DNA from: an uncultured Verrucomicrobiae bacterium
GTDB taxonomy: Bacteria > Verrucomicrobiota > Verrucomicrobiia > Chthoniobacterales > JAFAMB01
DNA length: 64,000 bases
NCBI GenBank assembly: GCA_963782115.1
Contig: CAWAIK010000002.1
Coordinates: 32,490 to 96,489, forward strand
Direction: 5' to 3'
Numbering within the stretch: position 1 is the stretch's first letter; each line of letters begins with the position of its first letter. The position numbers and the translations under genes were made by a program. Shown here piece by piece: positions 22,188-33,167 of the stretch. The notes under the pieces were generated by a model, which worked only from the letters and a program-made list of their open reading frames with translations, did not search any database and was not told where the DNA came from.

Positions 22188-22760
22188 ATGAAAGTATATT
22201 GGTCGCAGTCCTTGCTATTGTTATTATTCCTTAATGTCGGGGTCTTTTGCTCGATTGCCCAGGGCATCCGGATCGAGTCAGCTTACTATGGCGCGCCGAA
22301 GGCCATCGGCGTGGATGTTACTCGTCGCGTTCAACGGTTTGCCGACTACGGAGAACCTTTCCGTGTTGGTAATGACACGCTGAGAATCGATCCCTCTCCA
22401 AACCAGGCAAAGACTCTCGTTGTGGTCTACAATGTGAATGGCTGCCGGATTTCCGACTGCGTATCGGAAGGCGACGTATTTTACTTCAGGAACGGCGGGG
22501 AATCCGACAGCAATGTGGAGGACCAAAGACCTGCTATTCGAATCGTCAGCGCCCGGTACGGCGCGCGAGGGCGCTACGTGAATGTCACCGGACTCGTTCG
22601 CCAACTGGCTGGAGCTCGCCAGTCTTTCACGGTGTCGAATGAAACGTTTGGGGTCGACCCCTATCTAGGCCAACCGAAATCGCTGAAGATCTCCTACCTG
22701 CGTGGCAGTACCCACCGAAACCAGCGGTACGAAGAAGGAGACCAAGTCCAACTCCAGTAG
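22188..22760 (+). CDS. secreted protein with two DUF3395/SUEL-lectin-like repeats
   Basis: Signal peptide; repeats IESAYYG..DVT..N..DP.P...K.L.V.Y and IVSARYG..NVT..N.TFG.DP..G..K.L.I.Y. Confidence 0.7.
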   Translation: MKVYWSQSLLLLLFLNVGVFCSIAQGIRIESAYYGAPKAIGVDVTRRVQRFADYGEPFRVGNDTLRIDPSPNQAKTLVVVYNVNGCRISDCVSEGDVFYFRNGGESDSNVEDQRPAIRIVSARYGARGRYVNVTGLVRQLAGARQSFTVSNETFGVDPYLGQPKSLKISYLRGSTHRNQRYEEGDQVQLQ

Positions 22761-22806
22761 CCGCAGCCGTCTTCGATGGAAACCCAATTCCTGGTCGGCC
22801 TATCCG

Positions 22807-23625
22807 CTACTGCCTCTTCGCGAAAGCCTCTTCGCGTTTACGGCGTTCGATGACAAACGTGTTGTTGTCGCCGTAAAGCGCCCATGGACCAGGAGGGACT
22901 TCCTGAAAATCAACAAAGTGCCAATCCGTCAGATCGGTGTTCCCCAAATTCAAATAATCCCGGATCGCAGGCGAGACGTCGAGGCCGGCTCCACGATTTA
23001 AGTTTGGGCGCGGCCGGTCGCTGCCGAAAACATACTCCCAATGATCGCTGCGAAATGGGCCGACATCTTCCCATTGGGCGTAACAGGTCCGATTTCCTTT
23101 TCGGATGGCCACCCACCGCCCTTTCAGAACCGTTTGACCGGATTTTTCAAACGCTTCCCGGAACCAGGGGATTATCTTATACGACTCGGCTTTCGTGCGA
23201 CCCCCGCTCACGTCATTAAAAGGAAGAGCCAGGTAGAAAGGATTTTGACGGGGAACGAACCTTGCCGGGATGAAGCCCTTTCGTTCGCCCGTTTCCGGGC
23301 TGTCCGATCCGCCAAAATTTCTGGCCCAGTTTCCGTCCCAGGCACTGCAACGATTCGGAACCGGATTATTCGCGGACGGCGTTTCGCCGATCCAAAAAAC
23401 GGTAGTCACAATCTGCACATGCCACGGATACTTATCTCCCGGCTCCTGTAACGGATTTGACTCTAGATCCTTCGGTTCAACTTTGAAAAGGATGCTCTCC
23501 CGGAGTTTCATTGCGTTCTCGGTAAACCGGGCGGCACTGTCGGGCGCCGTCTGCGCGAAGAGAGCTGAAGTTCCCGTCGAGACCAAGCCGCAAATAAAAG
23601 TTAAGGACAACCCCTTCCATATCAT
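22807..23625 (-). CDS. secreted hypothetical protein, possible double-psi beta-barrel (RlpA/expansin-like) glycan-active fold
   Basis: Signal peptide; NPFYLALP, YAQWEDVGP, AGLDVSPA. Confidence 0.6.
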   Translation of the reverse strand: MIWKGLSLTFICGLVSTGTSALFAQTAPDSAARFTENAMKLRESILFKVEPKDLESNPLQEPGDKYPWHVQIVTTVFWIGETPSANNPVPNRCSAWDGNWARNFGGSDSPETGERKGFIPARFVPRQNPFYLALPFNDVSGGRTKAESYKIIPWFREAFEKSGQTVLKGRWVAIRKGNRTCYAQWEDVGPFRSDHWEYVFGSDRPRPNLNRGAGLDVSPAIRDYLNLGNTDLTDWHFVDFQEVPPGPWALYGDNNTFVIERRKREEAFAKRQ

Positions 23626-23913
23626 AAATGATAAAATGAGTCTCCATACTAGAAGCGCTTGATAGTCCTGTCAACGGTTGAGATTGCCTCAAATCCGGCT
23701 AGGATTACTCGTCAGCGTCAGAAACCGGTCTCAGAACCACAATCTTTTGCCCTCCCATGCATTGATTTAGGTCAAAAACGGAGAAATGATATGGGGAGTA
23801 GGAGACAGAAGTCAGGAGTCAGAAGGGCGCAAGACACCGACAGTAGAAGAGGACCGCCTGGTTCATCGATGGTTCCGCGTTCGCCGACACGCCCATACGC
23901 CGCTTTGCCTCCC

Positions 23914-24606
23914 CTACCCCTCCATCGAGTCCAGCTCCAGATAGGTTCGGGAGATCACCTTGCCATTCTGTGGATCAAGCCGCTCAACCCGGATCTGTTT
24001 GAAGATCGTCTTTCCTTCGATCTGCTGTGCGGAAATCACCTCAAAGCGCTTGATCGCTTTGCCTTGCCAATTGTAGCCTTCGGCCTTGATCAGTGCCCCG
24101 CGGTCCTTTGCAATCCAGAGACGGACAGAGCCGTACTCGGCGTTGCGAGCAGAGGGTTGAACCAGAACGATGGAACAAGTGATTGTCCGCACGCGTTGTT
24201 CCCCCTCGTATTTCGCATTCTTCCAATAGATAAAGCGTAGCGAGAGATCCTCGTACGTGATATCGGTACCGCGCACGGACTCGCTCAATCTCGAGCCGGA
24301 CAGGGTCTGTTGGCCCTTGGCTTTTTCGTCGCTCAGGAGGGAGCCACTATCGGTCAGCTGCAATTTGATGGTTTCCGACGGGTTAGTGAACTTGTAATCA
24401 AACTCCGGGCCTTTGAGTTGCAGCTGGAAAGGGATCGCCTCCCCATTTTCCGGGCGCAGCCTGCCGGAAAGCGTCCGGTTTATCTGTGCCTGCGCGGAGC
24501 GTATTTGGTCAAGGATTGCATTTGCATCTTCTTGCGCGGAACTCAGATGCGGAATGAGGGAGTGCACCAGAAGAGCGATGCCGATCAATTTCTTTGCTTG
24601 TTTCAT
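23914..24606 (-). CDS. outer-membrane lipoprotein-sorting (LolA-like) protein
   Basis: Signal peptide; GTDITYEDL, YGSVRLWI, KAEGYNWQGKAIKRF. Confidence 0.75.
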   Translation of the reverse strand: MKQAKKLIGIALLVHSLIPHLSSAQEDANAILDQIRSAQAQINRTLSGRLRPENGEAIPFQLQLKGPEFDYKFTNPSETIKLQLTDSGSLLSDEKAKGQQTLSGSRLSESVRGTDITYEDLSLRFIYWKNAKYEGEQRVRTITCSIVLVQPSARNAEYGSVRLWIAKDRGALIKAEGYNWQGKAIKRFEVISAQQIEGKTIFKQIRVERLDPQNGKVISRTYLELDSMEG

Positions 24607-24647
24607 CTATCAGGTGTTCTTAGCTTACGCAGGCTGCCGATTCTGGC

Positions 24648-25301
24648 ATGGACAAAACTCTGCTGCTTTTCATTAATCGGAAATGGACGAATCCGTTCAT
24701 GGACAGGCTGATGGCGACCTTCACCAGCTTCGACGTCTGGATGCCTGTATTACTTCTTCTGGTCCTGGTCCTGCTATGGCGCGGTAATTTCCAGGTTCGA
24801 AGCTTTGTCATCGTGACCCTTTTAGCAATTGCTTTTACGGACGGTGTCTTCACGCAGTTCATGAAGAAACTGGTTAATCGCCCTCGCCCGAGTCAGGCAC
24901 TTGCCGAGGTGCGCGAAGTGAGCCTGGAGAAGACAAAGCCCGCCATTCTCGGGGTTTGGCGGCCCGTTCAGGTGGCACTCTCCAAACCGCCAGAGGGTCC
25001 CGTAACTGGGCGATCCTTCCCCTCGGGCCACGCCATGAACAACACCATCATTGCCACCTTGGCTATCCTATTTTTTGGAAGGCTGGGCGCCCTTTACATC
25101 ATTCCTGCTGGGATCGTCGCCTACTCCAGGATTTATTGCGGTTCGCACTGGCCCAGTGACGTCATTGTTTCCATCGTCCTGGGAATCGGCTTCAGCCTGA
25201 TCCTTGCCAGTATCGCTAACCTGATTTACCAACGCCTGGCGTCAAAGTGGTTTCCCAGTTTATACCGTACCCAACGTTCGCTGTTCGGCACACCACGGTA
25301 A
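24648..25301 (+). CDS. PAP2-family phosphatase
   Basis: KKLVNRPRP, SFPSGHA, SRIYCGSHWPSD. Confidence 0.9.
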   Translation: MDKTLLLFINRKWTNPFMDRLMATFTSFDVWMPVLLLLVLVLLWRGNFQVRSFVIVTLLAIAFTDGVFTQFMKKLVNRPRPSQALAEVREVSLEKTKPAILGVWRPVQVALSKPPEGPVTGRSFPSGHAMNNTIIATLAILFFGRLGALYIIPAGIVAYSRIYCGSHWPSDVIVSIVLGIGFSLILASIANLIYQRLASKWFPSLYRTQRSLFGTPR

Positions 25302-26878
25302 TGAAACCTCACCTTCTTCTCCTTATCGGGTTTTTGCTGCTTCTGACCGGGATCCGTTGGTGGTTCGGCGCGAATTTAGAACTCTCACCGGACGAGAGTT
25401 ATCACTACCTTTGGTCGCAGCATCCCGATGTTTCCTACTACAGTAACGGACCAGGAGTTGCTTTTGCGATTCTGACGGGGACTTCGATCTTCGGTTCGAC
25501 CGAATTCGGCGTGCGATTCTTGAGCCCCCTGCTGGGTTTTTGTACTTCTATCATCGTTTACCTGCTGGGACGTAAATTGTCTCGGGAAAAAGTCGCGTTC
25601 TGGTCGGTCGTGGTCCTGAATTTACTGCCTCTGTTTAATGTCGAATCGGTGCTCTTAACTTTCAATTCGTTGTCCATGTTTTTCTGGGCGGCGGCTCTGT
25701 ACACGTTCTGGCTCGCAATAGAGCGCAGCCCGAGATTCTCCATTTTCTGGCCGGTCACCGGAGTTATCATTGGCCTGGGCTTCCTCTGCAAATACGAGAA
25801 CGCGCTAGCACTCGTTTCGATCCTGTTTTTTTTAATAGCCGTGCCAAAATACCGAAGTGAACTGAGACGGCCCAATTTTTATATTCTTCTCCTTTGTTTC
25901 GTGCCGTTTCTGGCCCCGCCTATCCTTTGGAATCTTCGGCACGACTGGCTCGGGTTGGAGCAACTATCTAACCAGGCAATTGTCAATGCGCTGTTTACGA
26001 TCCGGCTCTCCCACTTGAGTGAATCCTTCGGCGCACAACTCGCACTTTATTCGCCCTTGCTCCTGATCTGCTTACTGATCGCGTTGTTCGGTTCGATCAG
26101 AAAGGCGTTTCAGAACCGTAAAATCTGTTTACTCCTGAGCTTCACTTGGCCCCTTCTCCTCGTTTACCTGATCATGGCTTTGCACCAGGTCGGCGATCCG
26201 GGTTGGACCGCGCCCGCTTTCATTGGGCTTGGGATACTGGCAACTCACTATTGGCTGCAGGCTGCAAACCAAAGAACCGTCTTTCGGGGCCTTTGTATCG
26301 CCGCACTTATATTGAGCGGTCTGCAAGCATCGCTCGCCATGAACACCAATTTGGTGCGCACGATCGGTATTTCGCTCCCCTTTGCTCTCGATCCAAGCTC
26401 AAAATTGCATGGGTGGAAAACGATCGCGGAGGCCATCGACAAATTTCGGGCCGATTTCGAAAACAAACTTGGAACCAAGGTATTCATGATCGGCAACGAA
26501 TATCAGACCTCGTCGATGCTGTCCTTTTACCTGAAGGACAAACGCAGCGAGGGACCGGGTCACCCTCCCGTCTATATCCCTGAATCACAGGACATCCAGA
26601 ACGAGTTCTCTTTCTGGCCTCGGTATGATGAGTTTGTGGAGGCCGATCCCTCCGTGAAACGTGATACGACTTTTACCGAGGAAGCCGGCGTTAATCTATT
26701 TATCGATCGGACAGCTCTCTACATCACCGATCGACCCGAAGCGAATCCGCCGCAAAATCTCCAGAGTGCATTTACCCGATGTCAGCTTCTCGCCGTGTAC
26801 GAATTGGAGCGGAATGGTCTTCCACTTCGCCAGGTGCGAATATTTGCGTGCTATCAATACCAGACTCTGCCGTTGTGA
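25301..26878 (+). CDS. GT39/ArnT-like integral membrane glycosyltransferase
   Basis: LSPDESYHYLWS, EFGVRF, GLGFLCKY, ILWN; many TM helices; TAATG overlap with PAP2. Confidence 0.85.
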   Translation: MKPHLLLLIGFLLLLTGIRWWFGANLELSPDESYHYLWSQHPDVSYYSNGPGVAFAILTGTSIFGSTEFGVRFLSPLLGFCTSIIVYLLGRKLSREKVAFWSVVVLNLLPLFNVESVLLTFNSLSMFFWAAALYTFWLAIERSPRFSIFWPVTGVIIGLGFLCKYENALALVSILFFLIAVPKYRSELRRPNFYILLLCFVPFLAPPILWNLRHDWLGLEQLSNQAIVNALFTIRLSHLSESFGAQLALYSPLLLICLLIALFGSIRKAFQNRKICLLLSFTWPLLLVYLIMALHQVGDPGWTAPAFIGLGILATHYWLQAANQRTVFRGLCIAALILSGLQASLAMNTNLVRTIGISLPFALDPSSKLHGWKTIAEAIDKFRADFENKLGTKVFMIGNEYQTSSMLSFYLKDKRSEGPGHPPVYIPESQDIQNEFSFWPRYDEFVEADPSVKRDTTFTEEAGVNLFIDRTALYITDRPEANPPQNLQSAFTRCQLLAVYELERNGLPLRQVRIFACYQYQTLPL

Positions 26879-27588
26879 TGACGCCCCAGGTTTCGGTAAT
26901 TATCCCAGTCTGGAACGAGGAAGGCAACGTCGCTCAGTTGCAGACGGAATTGGAATTGGCGCTCAAAGATACTGAGCATGAACTCATTTTCGTGGATGAT
27001 GGTTCGCGCGACCGGACCATCGACCAGATCAAACGCACCCCGGGTGTGCGCGTCCTTGAATTCGAGAAGAATGCCGGCCAAAGCGCAGCGATCTACGCGG
27101 GCCTGGCTGCCGCGAACGGAAAGATCCTGGTTCTGATTGACGGCGATTTGCAAAACGATCCCAGCGATATTCCCCGGCTGTTAGCGGAGATCAATCAAGG
27201 TGCTGACCTGGTCTGCGGTTACCGCTTGAAACGGCAGGACATTTGGTTCAAGCGTGTCCAAAGCCGGATCGCCAACGGGGTGCGGAGCCGATTCACCAAG
27301 GATGGCGTCCGCGACACAGGGTGCACGCTCAAAGCCATGCGGCGAGAATGCCGCGAAGCGTTGATCCCGTTCCATGGCATGCACCGTTTTATCCCTGCTC
27401 TAATCAAAGGACTCGGCTACAAGATCACCGAAATCCCCGTAAATCATCGGCCGCGTCAATATGGCTCCAGCAAATACAGTTTCGGGGATCGTGCGCTTCG
27501 TGCCACCATCGACATGTTTGGCGTTCGCTGGTTGCTGGGCCGCCAGTTCAAAATCGCGATAAAAGCAGACCGCAATATCGATAAATGA
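26878..27588 (+). CDS. GT2 polyprenol-phosphate glycosyltransferase (ArnC/DPM-like)
   Basis: IPVWNEE, VDDGSRD, NAGQSAA, DGDLQNDP, DTGCTLK, HRFIP, NHRPR. Confidence 0.9.
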   Translation: MTPQVSVIIPVWNEEGNVAQLQTELELALKDTEHELIFVDDGSRDRTIDQIKRTPGVRVLEFEKNAGQSAAIYAGLAAANGKILVLIDGDLQNDPSDIPRLLAEINQGADLVCGYRLKRQDIWFKRVQSRIANGVRSRFTKDGVRDTGCTLKAMRRECREALIPFHGMHRFIPALIKGLGYKITEIPVNHRPRQYGSSKYSFGDRALRATIDMFGVRWLLGRQFKIAIKADRNIDK

Positions 27589-28086
27589 ACCTATCGGCGA
27601 GTTATAGGCGCAGCATCCCGCTTTGCTTCCTGAAAACCGGGCGAGCGGGGGCGCTTCGCTTCTATCTCGCCGACAGTGCCGTTCAGACCTCACTAAATTC
27701 CGATCTGAGGGTAAGAATCAGACGCAGATTTAATTCCTGGAAAACTGGCTTCACAGCGCCCCCGGACGGTGGTTCGAGGGGGGCGCCGGAAGCTTCAATC
27801 ACTCCTGGCGATGGAGAGCCGCAGCTCGCTGCGGCTGGCCAGACGCAACCTGAATCGTCGCCCGCGAGAGAATTAACCGAAGGAGCGTGCTGTTTCTTAT
27901 ATCCAAACCGAGAACTCAGTTTCTCGAAGTTGGGGCACCGGTTTTAATTTCCACTGCGTTTATTGCGGCGTGATCAGGTCCGCGCTTCTCGGCTGGTGGC
28001 AGTAGGGGATCGAGAACGAGCACGAGAACGATGGAGGCGGGGGGCTCGAAAGACATCGAGAACGACGACTAGGACGATTGGGAAAG

Positions 28087-28257
28087 TTAGTCCTCGCGGA
28101 TGGGCGGTTCATCCCTGTCGAAGCGATCGATCAGGCGGGTGAGCATCGCTACGATGCGCGCGAGCATTTCTTTGCCGGGCCGAGTGCGGTCAGCTGAGAC
28201 CAAAGATCTGGCGACCGACGCGTCAGGGCAGGCGGCGCACTTATGATTTTCGTTCAT
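28087..28257 (-). pseudogene. internally deleted four-helix-bundle copy (56 aa, in frame)
   Basis: MNENHK fused to CAACPDASVARSL...MLTRLIDRFDRDEPPIRED*, near identical to the 3' part of 28877-29259. Confidence 0.8.
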
Positions 28258-28876
28258 TGCTTCGCTTCCCGAATCGTGCTCGTTCTTCGTCGTGCTCGTT
28301 ATCGAGCTTTGACCGTTGCTGGTAAAAAGGGGTTCGCTGTGGGAGAACAGACGTGAACGAAGGCAGCGACGCGTGCTTTTGCTTTTGCTGATATCCAGTG
28401 AACTCGAGCACGATAATGACCACAAGCACGATTGAAGGGTGGCACGATAATCTTGCTCTGCGCTGAGTGGATGGCGGGCGTGATGGCAGGGGACGCGGCA
28501 CACGGGAGTGGACAGGTCCGCGCTTCTCGGCTGGTGGCGGTAGGGGATCGAGAACGAGCACGACGACGAGCACGAGCACGAGAACGATGGAGGCGTAGGT
28601 GAAAAGCGGGTCGCTGTGGGAGAACAGACGTGAACGAAGGCAGCGACGCGTGCTTTTGCTGATATCCAGTGAACTCGAGCACGATTGAAGGGGGCACGAT
28701 AATCTTGCTCTGCGCTTGAGTGGATGGCGGCGTGATGGCAGGGGACGCGAATCGGACAGGTCCGCGCTTCTGGGCTGGTGGCAGTAGGGGATCGAGAACG
28801 AGCACGAGAACGATGGAGGCGAGGGGGGCTCGAAAAACTTCGAGAACGAGAACGACGACTAGGACGATTGGGAAAG

Positions 28877-29259
28877 TTAGTCCTTGCGGATGGGCGGTTC
28901 ATCCCTGTCGAAGCGGTCGATCAGGCGGGTGAGCATCGCTACGATGCGCGCGAGCATTTTTTACCGGGCCGAGTGCGGTCAGCTGAGACCAAAGATCTGG
29001 CGACCGACGCGTCAAGGCAGGCGGCGCACTCAAAAGCCGAGCCACGGGCGTCGTCAAAAAATTTGGCGCGGTGGCGGCCGTGACGTTTACCGTTTCCCTC
29101 GGCCGTGTTGAGAAGCATGGAAAGGCTTGCACGGTCAAGTTGTTCAACCAACTCGCGTCGATGTTGCCCCTTCGATCCGGAGACATCCGACAAAAAGTCG
29201 CCGATCCAAGCGGTAAAATGGAGCTCGACACAATAAACAATTCGATCGATCTCATCCAT
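28877..29259 (-). CDS. four-helix-bundle protein (23S rRNA IVS / bAvd-like), ~127 aa, one-base deletion near 28960
   Basis: ELVEQLDRASLSMLLNTAEGNGK...KFFDDARGSAFECAACLD...MLARIVAMLTRL; sibling copies have the extra base that restores the frame. Confidence 0.88.
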
Positions 29260-29730
29260 TGCTACAGTCCCCGAATCGTTCTCGTTCTCGTCGTCGTGCT
29301 CGTTATCGAGCTTTGACCGTTGCTGGTCAAAAGCGGGTCGCTCTGGGAGAACGGACGTGAACGAGGGCAATGACGGGTGCATTTGCTGACATCCTGGGAA
29401 TCGATAACGAGCACGAGCGCGATAACGAGCACGATTGGAAGGACACGTGATAATCTTGCTTTGCGCCTGAGCTTGGTGGGCGTGATGGCAGGGGACGCGG
29501 ATTGGACAGGTCCGCGTTTCGGGGCTGGTGGCGGTAGGGGATCGAGAACGGTAACGAGCACGAGGACGATCGGGAAAGTTAGTCCTTGCGGATGGGCGGT
29601 TCATCCCTGTAGAAGCGGGCGATCAGGCGGGTGAGCATTGCTACGATGCGCGCTTGCATTTCTTTGCCGGCTTCGCTCCCCGAATCGTTCTCGTTCTCGT
29701 CGTCGTGCTCGTTATCGAGCTTTGACGCCG

Positions 29731-32517
29731 TTAGGCTTCCAAAGCAGCCTGCGCAGCAGCGAGGCGCGCCACCGGCACCCGAAACGGACTGCAACTCACG
29801 TAGGAGAGCCCGATGCGATGACAGAATTTCACGCTCTCCGGATCTCCACCATGCTCACCGCATATACCAAGTTTAATATCCGGCCGGGTTTTGCGGCCCT
29901 GATCACGGGCCATCTCCATCAGCCTTCCGACGCCGTCTTGATCGATCGTCGCGAACGGGTTGTTCATGATAATCTCCAACTCCTGGTACTGCGGAAGGAA
30001 GCTGCCGGAATCATCGCGGCTCATTCCCAAGGCAGTCTGCGTCAAATCATTCGTGCCAAAACTGAAGAATTCAGCATCTTCGGCAATTTTGTCAGCCACA
30101 ATTGCACCCCGCGGAATTTCGATCATCGTACCGACAAGGTAATTGAATCGAGTCTTTTTTTCCTTCATTACCGCCGTCGCCACGCGGCGGACGATGTCGA
30201 TCTGGAGCTTCAATTCCTTTGGAAAGCCGACCAGCGGAATCATGACTTCGGGCTTCACTTTGATACCCAGCTTCTGCACTTCCGCCGCGGCCTCGAAAAT
30301 CGCTCTGGCCTGCATCTCGGTGACTTCTGGAAAAGTGATTCCCAGCCGGCATCCACGGTGACCAAGCATCGGGTTAAATTCGTGCAATTCTTGCACTCGG
30401 CGATAGATCTTCTCAGCGGGTATTCCAAGCTTTTTGGCAAGGTCCGCCTGCTGCGCTTCCGTGTGCGGAAGGAATTCGTGTAAAGGCGGATCCAAGGTGC
30501 GGATCGTCGCGGGAAGCCCCTTGAGTTCTTTGAAGATTCCAACGAAATCCTCGCGCTGGTAGGGCAACAGTTTAGCTAACGCGGATTTTCGTTCTTCCAC
30601 GGAGGAAGCGAGAATCATCTCCCGCATGGCATCGATGCGATCGCCTTCGAAGAACATGTGCTCGGTTCTGGTCAAACCGATTCCTTTGGCACCAAAGGCG
30701 ATCGCGGTTGCCACCTGCTCAGGAGAATCCGCGTTGGTACGGATCTCCAGTTTGCGGACTTTGTCAGCCCAACTGAGCAGCGAAGAAAATTCCTGGAAAG
30801 TCTGGCTCTTTTTGGGATCTAGTTTCTTCTCCACCAAAACCTGAACCACCTCTGAATGCGCAGTCTTGACTTCGCCGGCATAGACTTCTCCGACAGTTCC
30901 GTCCACTGAGATAAAGTCACCGTACTTGAGAGTCACGTCCCCCGCCGTCAAGGTTCGATTCACATAATCAATCTCGAGCGTGGAAGCGCCGCAAACACAA
31001 ACTTTCCCCATCTGGCGCGCTACCAGTGCGGCATGAGAAGAGACACCTCCGCGCGCCGTCAGGATCGCCTCAGCAGCGATCATCCCCCGAAGATCTTCCG
31101 GCGAAGTTTCGATTCGGACCAGGATCACCGGTTGGCCCTTGCTCGCCAACTCTACGGCATCTTTGGCGTTAAAGACGATTTGCCCGCTCGCTGCTCCGGG
31201 ACCCGCAGCCAAGCCAGAGGCAATCTTCTTAGCCGTCTTCACGCTTTGCCGATCAAATATCGGAGCCAGACAGGTGCGACAGTGAATCCGCCGGGACCCG
31301 CTTGATCGCCTCTTCCTTGGTGATCAGTTTCTCCTTGACCATCTCGACCGCGATGCGAACCGCGGCAAGACCGGTCCGTTTACCGTTGCGGGTTTGAAGA
31401 ATGAAAAGCCTGTTGTCCTCGACTGTAAATTCGAGGTCCTGCATATCGTGAAAATGCTGCTCGAGAATTTCGCGCACCTTGAGCAGTTCCTTGTGTGCGG
31501 CCGGCATCTCCTTCGCCAGCGCAGCGACCGGATTCGGAGTTCGGACACCGGCAACGACATCTTCACCTTGGGCGTTGATCAGGTATTCACCGTAAAACAC
31601 CTTTTCTCCGGTGGCCGGGTCACGGGTGAACGCCACTCCAGTGGCGCTGTTATCCCCCATATTGCCAAAAACCATTGTCTGAACGTTAACGGCTGTCCCC
31701 CATTCATGCGGGATGTTGTACTTCCGCCGATACACGATCGCCCGATCGTTGTTCCACGAACCGAAGACCGCTCCTATTGCGCCCCAAAGCTGTTGACGGG
31801 GATCTTGCGGGAAATTTTTGCCGGTGCGTTCCTTGATGAGCTGCTTGAATTTTTCAACCAGGCCCTTGAGATGATCGGCTGTCAATTCGATATCATCCTT
31901 GACCCCGGCCTCTCGTTTTGCCGCCTCAATGATGACTTCAAACGGATCATGGTCTTCGTTTTCGCGTTTTTGTACGCCCATCACCACGTCCCCATACATC
32001 TGTAGAAACCGGCGATAGGAATCCCAGGCAAACCGCGGGTTCCCGGTCTTTTCGGCCACAATTTCGACGACCTCATCGTTCATCCCAAGGTTGAGAATCG
32101 TGTCCATCATCCCAGGCATCGAATCGCGTGCACCGGAACGAACGGACACCAGCAAAGGATTGTTGCGGTCGCCGAGCTTTTTCCCAGCCGATTTCTCCAC
32201 TTTTGCCAGCGCAGATTCGACCTGATCATTTAGCTCGGCAGGATAACTTTTCTTGTTCTCAGAAAAGTAAGTGCAAACCTCTGTGCTGATCGTGAACCCG
32301 GGAGGAACGGGAGACCGATCCGAGTCATTTCGTGCAAGTTGGCGCCCTTCCCACCCAGAAGCGGTTTCATCTTTCCATGACCGTCGGCCTTGCCATCTCC
32401 GAAGTAGTAGACATAGCGGACCTTTGGTGAACTGCCGGCTTTCCGGATTGCTGGTGTTGCTTTTGCCGACACTTTTTTTGAAGCAGCCTTCGGAGCCTTC
32501 TTCACTTTTGTTGCCAT
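29731..32517 (-). CDS. ppdK: pyruvate, phosphate dikinase (indel-split)
   Basis: [33 protein letters not shown] (phospho-His), [24 protein letters not shown]. Confidence 0.95.
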
Positions 32518-32808
32518 AAAATGATCTGGAAAAACAAGAATTGGAGCGAGCGCAATGCGCATGTTCGCGGGAGAACAGAAACTAGCGAAGAGTCTCGATG
32601 TGTCAACGCCGGATCCCGACTGGAATTGCAGTTCTATCGACCGGTTTGAACGCAATGGAGTTCGCAACGAACACCGCACTGTTCTGGAGCCTTCGGCAGC
32701 CTGAACCCGATCGAGCCTTTGCTTCGCGAGAAGCCTTGAGTCGCGGTTGCAGCGCGTTGCCGTAGCCCCGATGCGCGCCTCGCTACCCTCCAAAGAATAA
32801 TATCCGGA

Positions 32809-33027
32809 TTACCCGTGCGCAGCGGGAACTCGGTCGGCGCAGTGCATCACTTCACTGGCCATCGCCATGAACTCTTCCAACCCCGTACTCGGAATGATGA
32901 TCGTGTTACGACGACCATGTGCTTCCTCAGTGATACGCATAAATCGGCCTCGTTCGTTTTCTCTAAATTCAATGTAGAAGTGCTTACGTTCGACTTGAAG
33001 TTCTTTCGTGATAATTACGTTATCCAT
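32809..33027 (-). CDS. PurA-like (PUR repeat) ssDNA/RNA-binding protein
   Basis: ELQVERKHFYIEFRENERGRFMRITEEAHGRRNTIIIP. Confidence 0.8.
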   Translation of the reverse strand: MDNVIITKELQVERKHFYIEFRENERGRFMRITEEAHGRRNTIIIPSTGLEEFMAMASEVMHCADRVPAAHG

Positions 33028-33167
33028 GATGATTTGGAGGGATGCCGCTTGGAAACCAATGATATCTGACAGCCGCGATTCAGAAAGGAAGGATTCTCGT
33101 AAATGACACAAAAGCGCTTTGCGGTAAACTGATTAATTTTCGCCCGCAGGCTCTTATTTGCAACTCT

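Larger units (their letters stand above)
27975..29726 (-). repeat. tandem array of four degenerate copies of a four-helix-bundle gene cassette
   Basis: Unit boundary CAGGTCCGCG.TTC..GGCTGGTGGC.GTAGGGGATCGAGAACG at 27975, 28513, 28757, 29507; shared spacers and (C)GAGAA/(C)GAGCA hexamer runs. Confidence 0.9.

Noticed and set aside
28087..29604. Long ORFs 28087-28902, 28299-28805 and 28939-29604 as real proteins
   Set aside because: Low-complexity read-through of hexamer repeats; only the four-helix-bundle portions look coding
27975..29726. CRISPR array or DGR (TR/VR with Avd)
   Set aside because: Units are hundreds of bp with conserved rather than unique spacers; no cas or reverse transcriptase gene in the window; no obvious adenine-specific variation
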